IMG/VR virus record: IMGVR_UViG_2513237094_000001
Coordinates: 785-64,784 of that record
Reading direction: 5' to 3' (one strand)
DNA: 64,000 nt
From: a virus
Lineage: Duplodnaviria; Caudoviricetes
Program-made: the position numbers and the translations under genes
Part shown: in pieces, positions 9,608-19,021 of the stretch
How positions within the stretch are numbered: the first letter of the stretch is position 1
How the letters are laid out: each line of letters starts with the position of its first letter
The notes under the pieces: model-generated
Told to the model about the DNA's origin: nothing
The model's database searches: none
Seen by the model: the letters and a program-made list of their open reading frames with translations, nothing else

Positions 9608-10657
9608 ATGACTTGGACCAACTATCAGCTCTGGAACACGCGGACCCTGCTCGGGGTCTATCGCGACCTGCTGCCGCCGCAGAACTACTGGCTCAATCTT
9701 CTGTTTCCAAACCAGATGAACTCGACCGACGAGTACATCGATTTCGGCAAGATCCCGCGTGTGAACCGCAAGCTCGCTCCCTTCGTCGTGCCGATGGCGC
9801 AGGGTCGCCCGATCTACGAGGAAGCAGCGTACCTGGGCCGCTTCAAGCCGGCCTACATCAAGCCGAGCGATCCCGTGACCCCGAGCCGCGTCCTGACCCG
9901 CCGCGCTGGCGCCCTGCTCACCCCCGGCGACGACAGTCCGATGGCTCGCTACAACGCCATCAAGGCCGACATCGTCCAGTTCCATCGCGACGCGGTCGAG
10001 CGCCGCTGGGAATGGCTGGCGGCGAAGGCGATTCTTGACGCCAAGGTCGTGATCGAGGGTGACGACTATCCGAGCACGCTGGTCGACTTCCAGCGCGCGG
10101 CCGGTCACACCATCGTCCTGGGAGCAGGCGCGCGTTGGGGCGACGCTGGTGTGTCCATTTACGACAGCATTCAGTCGTGGATGGACATGATGCATCTCGC
10201 TCCGTTCGGCGGCGCCCCGAACCGCATTACGATCGGTACGTCGGTCTGGGCCGTGATGCGTAAGGACCCGGAAATCCTTGCCAACATGAACAAGTTCTAC
10301 CGCGGCAACGAGACCGCTGTGAAAACCGGTTTGTTGCCGACCGGCGAGGCTCGCTTCGTTGGCTCGCTGTCGGCCAACTTGGACGTCTGGGTCTACAATG
10401 ACTTCTATGCCGTCAACGGAACGGTCACGCCCTTCATGTCGCCGAAGGACATCGTTCTCAGCGGCCCGGCTGTTGCCGGCTATCAGTGCTTCGGCGCCAT
10501 CATGGACGTTCACGCGCAGTTCCAGGCGTTGCCGATCTTCATCCGCAACTACATCCAGGACGGCGACGTCGCGCTCGAGCAGATCCTCACGCAGTCCGCG
10601 CCGCTGATGGTGCCGGTGAACCCGAACGCCACTCTGAAGGCGACCGTCCTCGGCTAA
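9608..10657 (+). CDS. Major capsid protein, lambda gpE family
   Basis: LAPFVVP, FKPAYIKP, TQSAPLMVP motifs. Confidence 0.95.
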   Translation: MTWTNYQLWNTRTLLGVYRDLLPPQNYWLNLLFPNQMNSTDEYIDFGKIPRVNRKLAPFVVPMAQGRPIYEEAAYLGRFKPAYIKPSDPVTPSRVLTRRAGALLTPGDDSPMARYNAIKADIVQFHRDAVERRWEWLAAKAILDAKVVIEGDDYPSTLVDFQRAAGHTIVLGAGARWGDAGVSIYDSIQSWMDMMHLAPFGGAPNRITIGTSVWAVMRKDPEILANMNKFYRGNETAVKTGLLPTGEARFVGSLSANLDVWVYNDFYAVNGTVTPFMSPKDIVLSGPAVAGYQCFGAIMDVHAQFQALPIFIRNYIQDGDVALEQILTQSAPLMVPVNPNATLKATVLG

Positions 10658-10672
10658 CGGCCCGATCCCCTG

Positions 10673-10700
10673 ACACCGGGCGGTCGCCGCCCGGTGTTCT
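10673..10700 (+). terminator. Hairpin after the capsid gene (probable terminator or stabiliser)
   Basis: 11-bp perfect stem ACACCGGGCGG/CCGCCCGGTGT. Confidence 0.55.
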
Positions 10701-10733
10701 CGACATCTCCGCAACAAAGCAGAAAGAACGACG

Positions 10734-11072
10734 ATGCCCAAAGCACTTGCGATCCACACCATTCATATCGGCCGCGAACCCGGCACGGTCAGCGAACTCA
10801 CCGGCAACATCACGAAGCCCGCCTTGGTCGACGAGTACAAGCCGGGCGATATTATCTTCGAATGCGCCGACAAGCAGTTCGCAGAGCTCGAAAAGTTGGG
10901 CGCAGTCCGCGAGGCCACGACCGTCGACGAAGCGAAGGCCACCGCCCGCGGCTATGTCGATCCTGCCGTTGCCCGCGCAGCCCAAGCCGGCGAGACGATC
11001 GCGGTGAAGCAGCCCGAGCCGCCCAAGAAGCCCGAGGGCGACGCCAAGCCCGCCGACAACCTGCTCGGCTGA
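10734..11072 (+). CDS. Small head-associated protein (gpFI position)
   Basis: Follows capsid gene; ends ADNLLG. Confidence 0.7.
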   Translation: MPKALAIHTIHIGREPGTVSELTGNITKPALVDEYKPGDIIFECADKQFAELEKLGAVREATTVDEAKATARGYVDPAVARAAQAGETIAVKQPEPPKKPEGDAKPADNLLG

Positions 11073-11074
11073 TC

Positions 11075-11455
11075 GTGGAGTCGCTTCGCACATTGAAGCG
11101 TCGAGCTCGCCGGGATCTGCACAATGCGTTGCAGGTCCCGGCGCTTTATCTGCTGGGCGACGGCCCGTGGCCGAGTCCAACGTTGATCCACATCCGCCTG
11201 CATACCAAATTTGTCGATCTCGGCGACTTGCAGGGCACGCATTTCCACTACGCCACCCGTCAGGAAGTCACCCCGACGATCGTTTTCCAGCGCTCCGAGA
11301 TCGAGCCGCAGAGCGGCGCTATCATCTCGATCGAGCCGGGCGAGGCCTACAGGGTCGACAACGTTAAGCCGCCCGACGACGAGTTTGTTGTCGCCGAAGT
11401 CATTCGACTGTCCGAACGTCAGGCTGCAGGCCTTCCGGTCCCGGAGGGGGCCTGA
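11075..11455 (+). CDS. Head-tail attachment protein (gpFII-like)
   Basis: GTG start after the previous stop; beta-rich 126 aa; synteny. Confidence 0.65.
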   Translation: MESLRTLKRRARRDLHNALQVPALYLLGDGPWPSPTLIHIRLHTKFVDLGDLQGTHFHYATRQEVTPTIVFQRSEIEPQSGAIISIEPGEAYRVDNVKPPDDEFVVAEVIRLSERQAAGLPVPEGA

Positions 11456-12063
11456 TGGCCGGTCTGTACGCCTTCGCAGTCGAAGGTCTGAGTACGCTCA
11501 GCAGTCTCGACGACCTCCCCGCCAAGATCGAGCAGGCCGCGCGACGCGCCGTCAATGCGGCAACCGATCGCGCCCGAGCTGCGGCCGTTCGCGGCGTGCG
11601 CCAGCAGGTCAACTTCCCCGCTTCGTATTTCACGGGCGACGACTCCCGTCTGCGCGTCTCAAAGCGCCCCTCGACGGGCGACCTAGAAGGCGTCGTGACC
11701 GGGCGGCAGCGGCCGACCTCACTTGCGCGCTTCACCACGTCGGGCTCTGTCGGCACGCGTGGCGGCGTCACGGTGGAAGTCAAAAGCGGCTCGGCTCGTT
11801 TTATGCGCCGCGCTTTCCTCATTCGGCTGCGCGCCGGCAATGCCGACCTCGACACCAAGTCGAACCTCGGTCTCGCGGTGCGCCTCAAGCCAGGTGAGAG
11901 CCTGTCGAACAAGCGCAACATGATCCGGATGAGCAACGGACTTTACCTGCTGTACGGACCGTCCGTCGACCAGGTCTTTCGCACCGTCGCTTCGGACATC
12001 AGTCCGGAGATCGCCGACTTTCTTGAAGCCGAATTCCTCCGTCTTGTGGGTCTCGATCTATGA
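11455..12063 (+). CDS. Minor tail protein (gpZ-like)
   Basis: Basic protein with RRAVN and LYGPSVDQVF motifs; synteny. Confidence 0.75.
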   Translation: MAGLYAFAVEGLSTLSSLDDLPAKIEQAARRAVNAATDRARAAAVRGVRQQVNFPASYFTGDDSRLRVSKRPSTGDLEGVVTGRQRPTSLARFTTSGSVGTRGGVTVEVKSGSARFMRRAFLIRLRAGNADLDTKSNLGLAVRLKPGESLSNKRNMIRMSNGLYLLYGPSVDQVFRTVASDISPEIADFLEAEFLRLVGLDL

Positions 12064-12560
12064 GTGAAACCTACCCCTTTCGCCTGCGCGTGCTGCAGGC
12101 TCTGACCGATCGGCTGAAGCTGATCACGCCGGCAAACGGCTATAAGAGCGATTTGACCGACGCGGTCTTTCGCGGCCGGATCGCGTTCGGCGATAACGAC
12201 CCGCTACCGATGGTATCGATTTTGGAGCCGCCGGTGCCGAACGACCCGCTCGATTCGCCCTCCGCGAGCGGTATCAACAAGTTCGATTGGCTCATGCTGT
12301 TGCAGGGCTTCGTCGAGGACGACCCGAAGAACCCGACCGATCCGGCGCATGTCCTGATGGCCGACGTTCGCCAGATGCTCGCCAAAGAGCGCCAAAAGGG
12401 GCTGCCCGACAACAACATATTCGGGATGAGCGGGGGCGTGGACGACGTGATCATAGGGATTGGCGTCGTCCGGCCGTCCGATGAAATTTCAGCCAAGGCC
12501 TACTTCTGGCTGAACCTCACCGTCAAAATCGTTGAGGACATGGCCGACCCATACGTGTAA
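12060..12560 (+). CDS. Tail terminator (gpU-like)
   Basis: Acidic 166 aa before the tail tube gene; synteny. Confidence 0.7.
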   Translation: MSETYPFRLRVLQALTDRLKLITPANGYKSDLTDAVFRGRIAFGDNDPLPMVSILEPPVPNDPLDSPSASGINKFDWLMLLQGFVEDDPKNPTDPAHVLMADVRQMLAKERQKGLPDNNIFGMSGGVDDVIIGIGVVRPSDEISAKAYFWLNLTVKIVEDMADPYV

Positions 12561-12568
12561 CCAGAGTA

Positions 12569-12583
12569 TCACCCGTCCGTTGA
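12569..12583. promoter_or_regulatory. Putative phage operator (reverse orientation)
   Basis: TCACCCGTCCGTTGA in the gap before the tail tube gene. Confidence 0.5.
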
Positions 12584-12605
12584 TTTATCACCCAGGAGAA
12601 GACTG

Positions 12606-13406
12606 ATGACCATCCAGAAGAACTACACCCTCGGGCGCGGCAAGCTGTATTTTGCCAAGTTCCTGACGGGCACACAGAACGTCAATGGCGAGCGCTACAT
12701 CGGCAACACGCCCGCGCTCGGCCTCAAGTTCGATGCGACCATGCTCGATCACTACGACTCCGATCAGGGCATCAAGGAAAAGGACAACTCGATCACCTTG
12801 CAGGTCAACCGCGAGGGCACCTTCACCACCGACAACGTGTCGCCCGAAAACCTGGCACTTCTGTTCTTCGGCACCAACGACGTCCTGTCCGTCACCGGCG
12901 CCACCGTGACCGGCGAGACGTTCATGGCCGTCCATACGGGTGTCACCTATCAGCTCGGCGTGACTCTGGCGAACCCTGCCGGCGCCCGCGGCATCGTCTA
13001 TCCGGGCGTCTCGGGCACCCTGTTCAAAGTGACCGATGACGCCGGCAGCCCTGCGACGTTTACGGCGGGCACCGATTACAACTTCGACCCGGTCACCGGC
13101 CGTCTCGAGATTCTTGCGGGCGGCGCCATCGTGGACGGCACGACCAATATCAAGGTCAACTACACCACCCAGACTGCGACGCAGCAGCGCGTGATCTCCG
13201 GATCGACTCCAGTCGAAGGTCTCATGCGCTACATTTCCAAGAACCCCGCCGGCCTCGACATGGATTACCTGCTGCCCTGGGCGAAGCTGACGCCCGACGG
13301 CGACTTCACGCTCAAGAGCGACGAGTGGCAGCAGCTCAAGTTCAAGGTCGAGGTGCTGAAGCGCGTCGGCTATGAGGCGATGTACATCAACGGGCGCCCC
13401 GCCTAA
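12606..13406 (+). CDS. Major tail tube protein
   Basis: YTLGRGKLYF, RYIGN and GDFTLKSDEWQQLKF motifs. Confidence 0.85.
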   Translation: MTIQKNYTLGRGKLYFAKFLTGTQNVNGERYIGNTPALGLKFDATMLDHYDSDQGIKEKDNSITLQVNREGTFTTDNVSPENLALLFFGTNDVLSVTGATVTGETFMAVHTGVTYQLGVTLANPAGARGIVYPGVSGTLFKVTDDAGSPATFTAGTDYNFDPVTGRLEILAGGAIVDGTTNIKVNYTTQTATQQRVISGSTPVEGLMRYISKNPAGLDMDYLLPWAKLTPDGDFTLKSDEWQQLKFKVEVLKRVGYEAMYINGRPA

Positions 13407-13438
13407 CCGACCTCTCCATAAGCAAGGACTGAGCGTCA

Positions 13439-13894
13439 ATGGCTCTCAAGTACAACCATGTGACCCGAACCGTTGACACCCCCGGGGGACAGATCGTCCT
13501 CCGGGGTCTCAACATTCAGGACATCGCGGGGATCGTTGGTCGGCACAGCACCGATCTCAACGCCCTGTTCGCAACGATCCAAAGCGGCGCGGCCGGCGTG
13601 TCGGTCGAGAATTTCGACGCCGTGGCGGCGTTCTTGTTGCAGACCGTTCCCGGAGCAGCAGCCGACATCATCGCTTATGCCGCGTTTGACCCCGCGAAGG
13701 ACGATCCGGCCGCACTGGTCGAAGATGCGCTAACCGCCTTCAAGATCGAAGCGCCGGTTCAGCTGATGCTCTTGGAGAAGATCGGCGAGCTGACGTTCGC
13801 GATGGTCGGCGTAAAAAAAGCGTTGGAGATCGTCGTCCGGATGATGCAGGGCACGACGTCCCTGGTGGCGGAAGTTCAGGGCCAGCCTCGCTGA
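13439..13894 (+). CDS. Tail assembly chaperone (G-like)
   Basis: Between tube and tape measure; contains slippery A-AAA-AAA-G at 13813-13820. Confidence 0.8.
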   Translation: MALKYNHVTRTVDTPGGQIVLRGLNIQDIAGIVGRHSTDLNALFATIQSGAAGVSVENFDAVAAFLLQTVPGAAADIIAYAAFDPAKDDPAALVEDALTAFKIEAPVQLMLLEKIGELTFAMVGVKKALEIVVRMMQGTTSLVAEVQGQPR

Positions 13895-14130
13895 GCGATT
13901 GGGTATGGGGGCTGCGCAGAATTGTCAGCCTCCTACTCGATCACGGTCACCCCGAAGCTCAGTCTTATCCGATCGGAATGCTTTGGGACGAGTCACTGTT
14001 GGTTATCGAGCGGCTCAACCGCATCGAAGTCTCGAGGGTGATGTTGTTCCAGGCGGCGGTCTCAGCCTTCTTCTCGAAAGACGCAGCCAGCGAATTTCAA
14101 AAACTCGTCAGTAAATTGACGGAGGACTGA
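13813..14130 (+). CDS. Tail assembly chaperone T segment, reached by -1 frameshift (GT fusion)
   Basis: The -1 frame is open from the A run to TGA 14128-14130 (..WGLRRIVSLLLDHGHPEAQSYPIGMLWDE..) with no obvious own start. Confidence 0.75.
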   Translation, partial: KKSVGDRRPDDAGHDVPGGGSSGPASLSDWVWGLRRIVSLLLDHGHPEAQSYPIGMLWDESLLVIERLNRIEVSRVMLFQAAVSAFFSKDAASEFQKLVSKLTED

Positions 14131-14131
14131 C

Positions 14132-17100
14132 GTGGCGAACAGAGACGTCGAGCTCGTGATCAAGGCTAAAGCGGAAGCCGCGAAAGCGGTGCAGTCCGTC
14201 AGCGACGCTCTCAAAGAACTCGCCACCGTTCAAGACCAGGTCGGCACCAGCGCTTCCCGAACGGACAATCTGCTCGGGAAGCTCGCCACCGAATTCGGCA
14301 CCCTCAATAAACAGATCGCAGGCCTCGCCGCGCTTAACACCGTGGCCGAGAAGATGGACAAGGCGGCGAGCGCCATCGGCCGTCTTGAGCAGAGCACGGC
14401 CAAGGCTGCCGCCGACGCGACCAAATTGAGCGCCGAATATGAGCGGGCGACCACGTCCGTCACCGCGCTCACCGCGAAGGCGCAGGAGTCGGCAAGCGCT
14501 TTCAATACGCAGCGCGCCGCCCTGGCCGCCGCTCGTAGCGAACACACGTTGCTCAATGCGCAGGTCAAAGAAGCCGAGTCCAATTATTCCCGCCTCTATC
14601 GGGCCGTTCAGAGCGCCAAGGCGCCGAGCGACGCGCTGAAGCAATCGTTGCGGGATCAGCGGGACGCCCTGATTGCACTGTACGGTCAACAGCAGTCGTC
14701 CGCCGGCAACGTGGCCGCTCAACAGGGCGCGCTCGCTGCAGCACGGAACACCGCCCGTGAGAACCGCGAAGCGGCCAGCGCGGCTGTCGCCAATCAGTCG
14801 GCGCTTCAAGCCGCGCTCGACAGATCATCGCAGTCGGCCTTCCGCGAAGCTGCGGCTCTCGACACCGCGCGCGCCGGCATGGCCGAGATGTCAGGTGTCG
14901 CCGGCACCGCGGCGACCGCGCTCGGCGGCGTGGCAGTCAGTCAGGAACAGATTGCAGCCGCCTCGGCTCGCGCTGCGGCCGATCTGAAGAACGTCACCAC
15001 GGCGCTCGATCAGCAGCGCCAATCCGGCTCCGGGAGCGTGACGACCGCCGGGCCGGCGGCAGGCGCGACGGCGGCCTATCGTGCCCAGGTCCAAGCCGTT
15101 CAGGACGCTAAGACCGCCTACCAAGCCGCCAACGCCGAGGCGACCCGGCTGGGCGCCGCTCTGCGCAATACGACCCAACCCACCCGCGAGCTTCAGACCG
15201 CCTTCGTCCTCGCTCAAGCGGCATCCGCCGGCGCCAAGCAGGCTTATTTCGACCAGGCCGCGGCCCTCAATCAGTTGCGCGGGCAGACCCAGGGCACCTT
15301 TGCCGCATTCAGCCAGGGCGTGGCCCAGATGGCTACGGCGAGCGCCCAGGTTCGGACGACCGCTTTCGCCGGCACCGAGGCCCTCCGCTCTGTCGCCAGC
15401 GCTGCGACCCAAGCGGGGTCTGCCGCGGGATCTGCGACCGCGGGAACGTTCTCCCTGCGCGACGCCTGGGAATCCCTGACCGGAAGCGGTCGGGAATCCC
15501 TGTCGGTATTCCAGCGTGTTCGCGGTGAGCTGCTGGCGCTGGCCGTCGGCTACCTCGGCGTTCAGGCGGCGATCAACCGGCTCGGCGATGTCGTCACGAC
15601 CTTCCGCACCTTGGAGGCCGCGCAGAACCGCCTCGGCGCCGTGTTCCAGCAGGACAAGGGCAAGACTGCCACCGAACTCGACTTCATCGCGCGCACCGCG
15701 GACCGCCTCGGCTTCAGCTTCGGCACCCTGGCCGACGAATACGGCAAGTTCTCGGTGGCCGCCAACGCCGCCAACTTCACGATCGGCGAGACCCGGAAGG
15801 TCTTCCTCGCGGTCGCCGAGGCCGCTCGAGTCAACAAGCTCTCGACGTCCGAGACCGAAGGCGTCTTCCTCGCCCTCAGTCAGATGTTGTCGAAGGGCAA
15901 GATCCAATCGGAAGAACTCCGACGTCAGCTCGGTAACCGACTGACCGGTGCGTTCCAGATCATGGCCGATGCGCTCGGCATGACCTCGGCCCAGCTCGAC
16001 AAGGCGATGCAGAAGGGCGAAGTCCTCGCCAACCAAAGCACGCTGATCAAGTTCGCCGACGAGCTGATCAAACGGTTCGGCTTGCAGCTCCCGGACGCGC
16101 TGACCTCGCTGACGACCGAATTGGGTCGCTTCGAAAACGCCAAGTTCATGAGTCAATTGCTTGTCGCAGCCGGCGGCTTCACGGACGCGTTGAAGAACGC
16201 TCTGAAGACCCTCAACGATCTCGCCGCGCAGAAAAGCACCCAGGACTTCTTCCTCGGGCTCGGCGCGGCGATGGGACGCGTGGTCGACGCGGGCGTGGTG
16301 CTGATCACGCATTTCAAGGCGATTGCGACGGCGGTCGAGATCCTGATCGCCGTCAAGATCGGCGCAGCCTTCGCAACCTGGGCGTCGCAGGCTGGACTCT
16401 TCTCCTCCGCGATTGCTGCCGTTCGCGCTGCGACCATCGCGGCGGCAGTGTCGATCGAACTGATTGGTCCCGCGGCGACGGCGGGCTCGATCGCGATGGG
16501 TGTTTTGCAGGGAGCGGCAGCCACCCTGCGCGCGGCTATGCTTGCGCTTTGGACCGCGGTCGGCGGCCCCATCGGCATCATTGCCGCGGCTACAATTTTC
16601 TTCGGTGGCAATCTGCTTGTGAAGTGGATGACCAGCGTCGACTCAGCCACGGGGGCAATGGCCGAGCACAAGCGGATCGTCGGAGAAGTCGCGTCCGCCT
16701 ACGAGGCCGCCGCCGGGAAGGCCGAGGACTGGACCAAGCGTGTCAAGAACGCATCGTCAGTCGAGATCCTCAACAACTTTAAGCAACTTCAAACCGAGCT
16801 TGCCAGCGCGAAAGATCGCATTTCGAATGCGGCGACTGTCGATCAGACGCAGCTTATCGGTCGTTCCTCGCAGCAGAAGGAGATCGACAATCTCATTGCG
16901 GCGTTCAATCGGGGCGAGAAGTCTGCCACCGAACTGCGCGATGCTGTCGATCAGATTTTCAAGAACACGAACGATGACGACACTCGCGCCTATGCTGAGA
17001 ACGTCATCAAGGCGGCGACCGCCTACGACAGTTTTTCCGTCGCGCTCGGCAAGACTGCCGTCATCGTTCAAGAGATGGGCATCAAGACCGACGGTCTTGA

Positions 17101-19021
17101 CAAGGCGCTCGAGCAGAACCGCCAGACCATGCGGACGGTGGTCGGCGCCGTCGATCAGGTTGGCGGCAGCTTCCGCGGCGTCAGGTTCGATATCGACGCG
17201 TTCACCAAGGCTTTCGAAGCCGTTCAGAACGTCATCCCGTCGGTCGCCAAGCAGCTCGAAAACCTCAAGGTCCAAACGGACCTGAACAAGAACTCGTGGG
17301 CTGCGTTTACCCAGGCCGTCGCGTCCGGTGACTTCGATCGCATCAAGAACGTCCTCGACGCCACCAGCCGCGCGCAGACGGCTGCGAAGAACACCGCGGA
17401 CCTCGCCTTTGAAAAGAGCTTGCCGTCGGGAAGCCTCGACGCGGTTCTCGAACGCATCATCAAGGTCGAGAGCGGCGGCAATCCCGCAGCAACCAATCCC
17501 AAGTCGAGCGCCGTCGGTGTCGGTCAGTTCACCGAAGGCACCTGGTTGGCTCTGTTCGATAAGGTTTTCCCCGCGCTAGCCGACATCAGTGACGCGGTGA
17601 AGCTCGGGTATCGGACCGACGCGGACATGTCGCGGCAAATGCTGGCCGCGCTGACGCAGCAGAACCAAGCGGCCCTGGTCAAGGCTGGGATCACTCCGGA
17701 CCCGACGAACACTTATCTCGCTCACTTCCTGGGCTCCGGCGGCGCGATCAAGATGATCCTCGCCAACCCGAACGAGCTCGCGTCCGCCGTGGCTGGTCAG
17801 AAGGCTACGAATTCCAACCCGACCATTCTCGGCAACGGTCAAACCGCGGGCGACGTGGTCGAGTGGGCTCGCCGAAAAATGGGCGGTGGTCAGCAGCTCA
17901 ACAACACCGGCGCTACTAACTCCGAAGTCACGCAAAAGTCGGTCGACGACGTCGTTAAGCAAAACCAGCAGGATCTCGAAATCCAGCGGTTGAAGAACGA
18001 TGAGAAGAACCGCGAAGCCGCCATCCAGCAAAAGCTCAACGAGCTTCAGAAGGACGGCACCGTTCTCACGACCGACCAGATTGCGAAGGTTCGCGAGACG
18101 ACCGGCGCGCTGTTCGATCAGCAAAACCAGCGCACGGCAGAACGTACGGCGGTTCAGGAAGCCAACGGTCTCTATGCCCGTCAGAAGCAACTTGTTGATG
18201 AAATCAAACAGGCCAACGCTCAAGGCGACATCGGCCGGGTCGGAACGCTCACGACTGAGCTGACCAATGTCAACGCCGAGCTGACGCAGGCTGTTCAGAA
18301 GGCCCTCGAGCTGGCGAACGCGCTGGGCGACAACAAGTCAATCGCTCAGCTCAACGCCATGAGCGCGAGCATCTCGAACATCGGCGTCGCGCTTCGCACC
18401 CAAGTCGTCAGCGCGCAGCAGATCAGTACGCAGCTCGCCGGCGGCTTGACCACGGCCCTCATGTCCTCGGTGGATGCGATCGGCCAGGCGGCCTCGGGCA
18501 CCAAGAGTTGGAGCGACGCGCTGAAGGGCGTCGGCCAGGCGTTCCTCAAGTTCGCCGCGGACTTCTTGAAGCAGATCGCCGAGATGATCATCAAGCAGGC
18601 GATCCTGCGCGCCCTGCAATCCTCCGGCATCGGTGGCGGCATCTCCGGAGCGATCAACGGTCTGTTCAGCACCGCGCACACGGGCGGCATGGTCGGTGGA
18701 CGCAGCGCCTCGCGAACGGTGCCCGTCGAGTGGTGGAGCAATGCCGCGCGCTTCCATAGCGGCGGCTTGGTCGGCCTCGCCCCTGACGAGCGTGCGATTA
18801 TCGCCAAGACGAGCGAAGAAGTTCTGACCGATACTGATCCGCGTCATCGGTTCAATCTCGGTAAGGGTTCCGCGCCGGCCGCTCCGGCCAACATCAAGGT
18901 CGTCAACACGATCGACCCTGGCGACTTTATGAGCGCGGGCCTCGCCACTCGACCGGGTGAGCAGGCGTTCATGAATTTCATATCGGCAAATCGCAACGCG
19001 CTGAAGTCGCTACTGGCATGA
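14132..19021 (+). CDS. Tape measure protein with internal lytic-transglycosylase-like domain
   Basis: 1629 aa, Ala-rich; SKGKIQSEELRRQL tape-measure motif; ERIIKVESGGNP..GVGQFTEGTW..YLAHFLG lysozyme-like segment. Confidence 0.92.
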   Translation: MANRDVELVIKAKAEAAKAVQSVSDALKELATVQDQVGTSASRTDNLLGKLATEFGTLNKQIAGLAALNTVAEKMDKAASAIGRLEQSTAKAAADATKLSAEYERATTSVTALTAKAQESASAFNTQRAALAAARSEHTLLNAQVKEAESNYSRLYRAVQSAKAPSDALKQSLRDQRDALIALYGQQQSSAGNVAAQQGALAAARNTARENREAASAAVANQSALQAALDRSSQSAFREAAALDTARAGMAEMSGVAGTAATALGGVAVSQEQIAAASARAAADLKNVTTALDQQRQSGSGSVTTAGPAAGATAAYRAQVQAVQDAKTAYQAANAEATRLGAALRNTTQPTRELQTAFVLAQAASAGAKQAYFDQAAALNQLRGQTQGTFAAFSQGVAQMATASAQVRTTAFAGTEALRSVASAATQAGSAAGSATAGTFSLRDAWESLTGSGRESLSVFQRVRGELLALAVGYLGVQAAINRLGDVVTTFRTLEAAQNRLGAVFQQDKGKTATELDFIARTADRLGFSFGTLADEYGKFSVAANAANFTIGETRKVFLAVAEAARVNKLSTSETEGVFLALSQMLSKGKIQSEELRRQLGNRLTGAFQIMADALGMTSAQLDKAMQKGEVLANQSTLIKFADELIKRFGLQLPDALTSLTTELGRFENAKFMSQLLVAAGGFTDALKNALKTLNDLAAQKSTQDFFLGLGAAMGRVVDAGVVLITHFKAIATAVEILIAVKIGAAFATWASQAGLFSSAIAAVRAATIAAAVSIELIGPAATAGSIAMGVLQGAAATLRAAMLALWTAVGGPIGIIAAATIFFGGNLLVKWMTSVDSATGAMAEHKRIVGEVASAYEAAAGKAEDWTKRVKNASSVEILNNFKQLQTELASAKDRISNAATVDQTQLIGRSSQQKEIDNLIAAFNRGEKSATELRDAVDQIFKNTNDDDTRAYAENVIKAATAYDSFSVALGKTAVIVQEMGIKTDGLDKALEQNRQTMRTVVGAVDQVGGSFRGVRFDIDAFTKAFEAVQNVIPSVAKQLENLKVQTDLNKNSWAAFTQAVASGDFDRIKNVLDATSRAQTAAKNTADLAFEKSLPSGSLDAVLERIIKVESGGNPAATNPKSSAVGVGQFTEGTWLALFDKVFPALADISDAVKLGYRTDADMSRQMLAALTQQNQAALVKAGITPDPTNTYLAHFLGSGGAIKMILANPNELASAVAGQKATNSNPTILGNGQTAGDVVEWARRKMGGGQQLNNTGATNSEVTQKSVDDVVKQNQQDLEIQRLKNDEKNREAAIQQKLNELQKDGTVLTTDQIAKVRETTGALFDQQNQRTAERTAVQEANGLYARQKQLVDEIKQANAQGDIGRVGTLTTELTNVNAELTQAVQKALELANALGDNKSIAQLNAMSASISNIGVALRTQVVSAQQISTQLAGGLTTALMSSVDAIGQAASGTKSWSDALKGVGQAFLKFAADFLKQIAEMIIKQAILRALQSSGIGGGISGAINGLFSTAHTGGMVGGRSASRTVPVEWWSNAARFHSGGLVGLAPDERAIIAKTSEEVLTDTDPRHRFNLGKGSAPAAPANIKVVNTIDPGDFMSAGLATRPGEQAFMNFISANRNALKSLLA

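Noticed and set aside
8153-10762. 869-aa minus-strand ORF and other long antisense ORFs (e.g. 161-1078, 14891-16312, 19921-21057)
   Set aside because: They shadow well-supported plus-strand genes, as expected in high-GC DNA, and show no recognisable motifs
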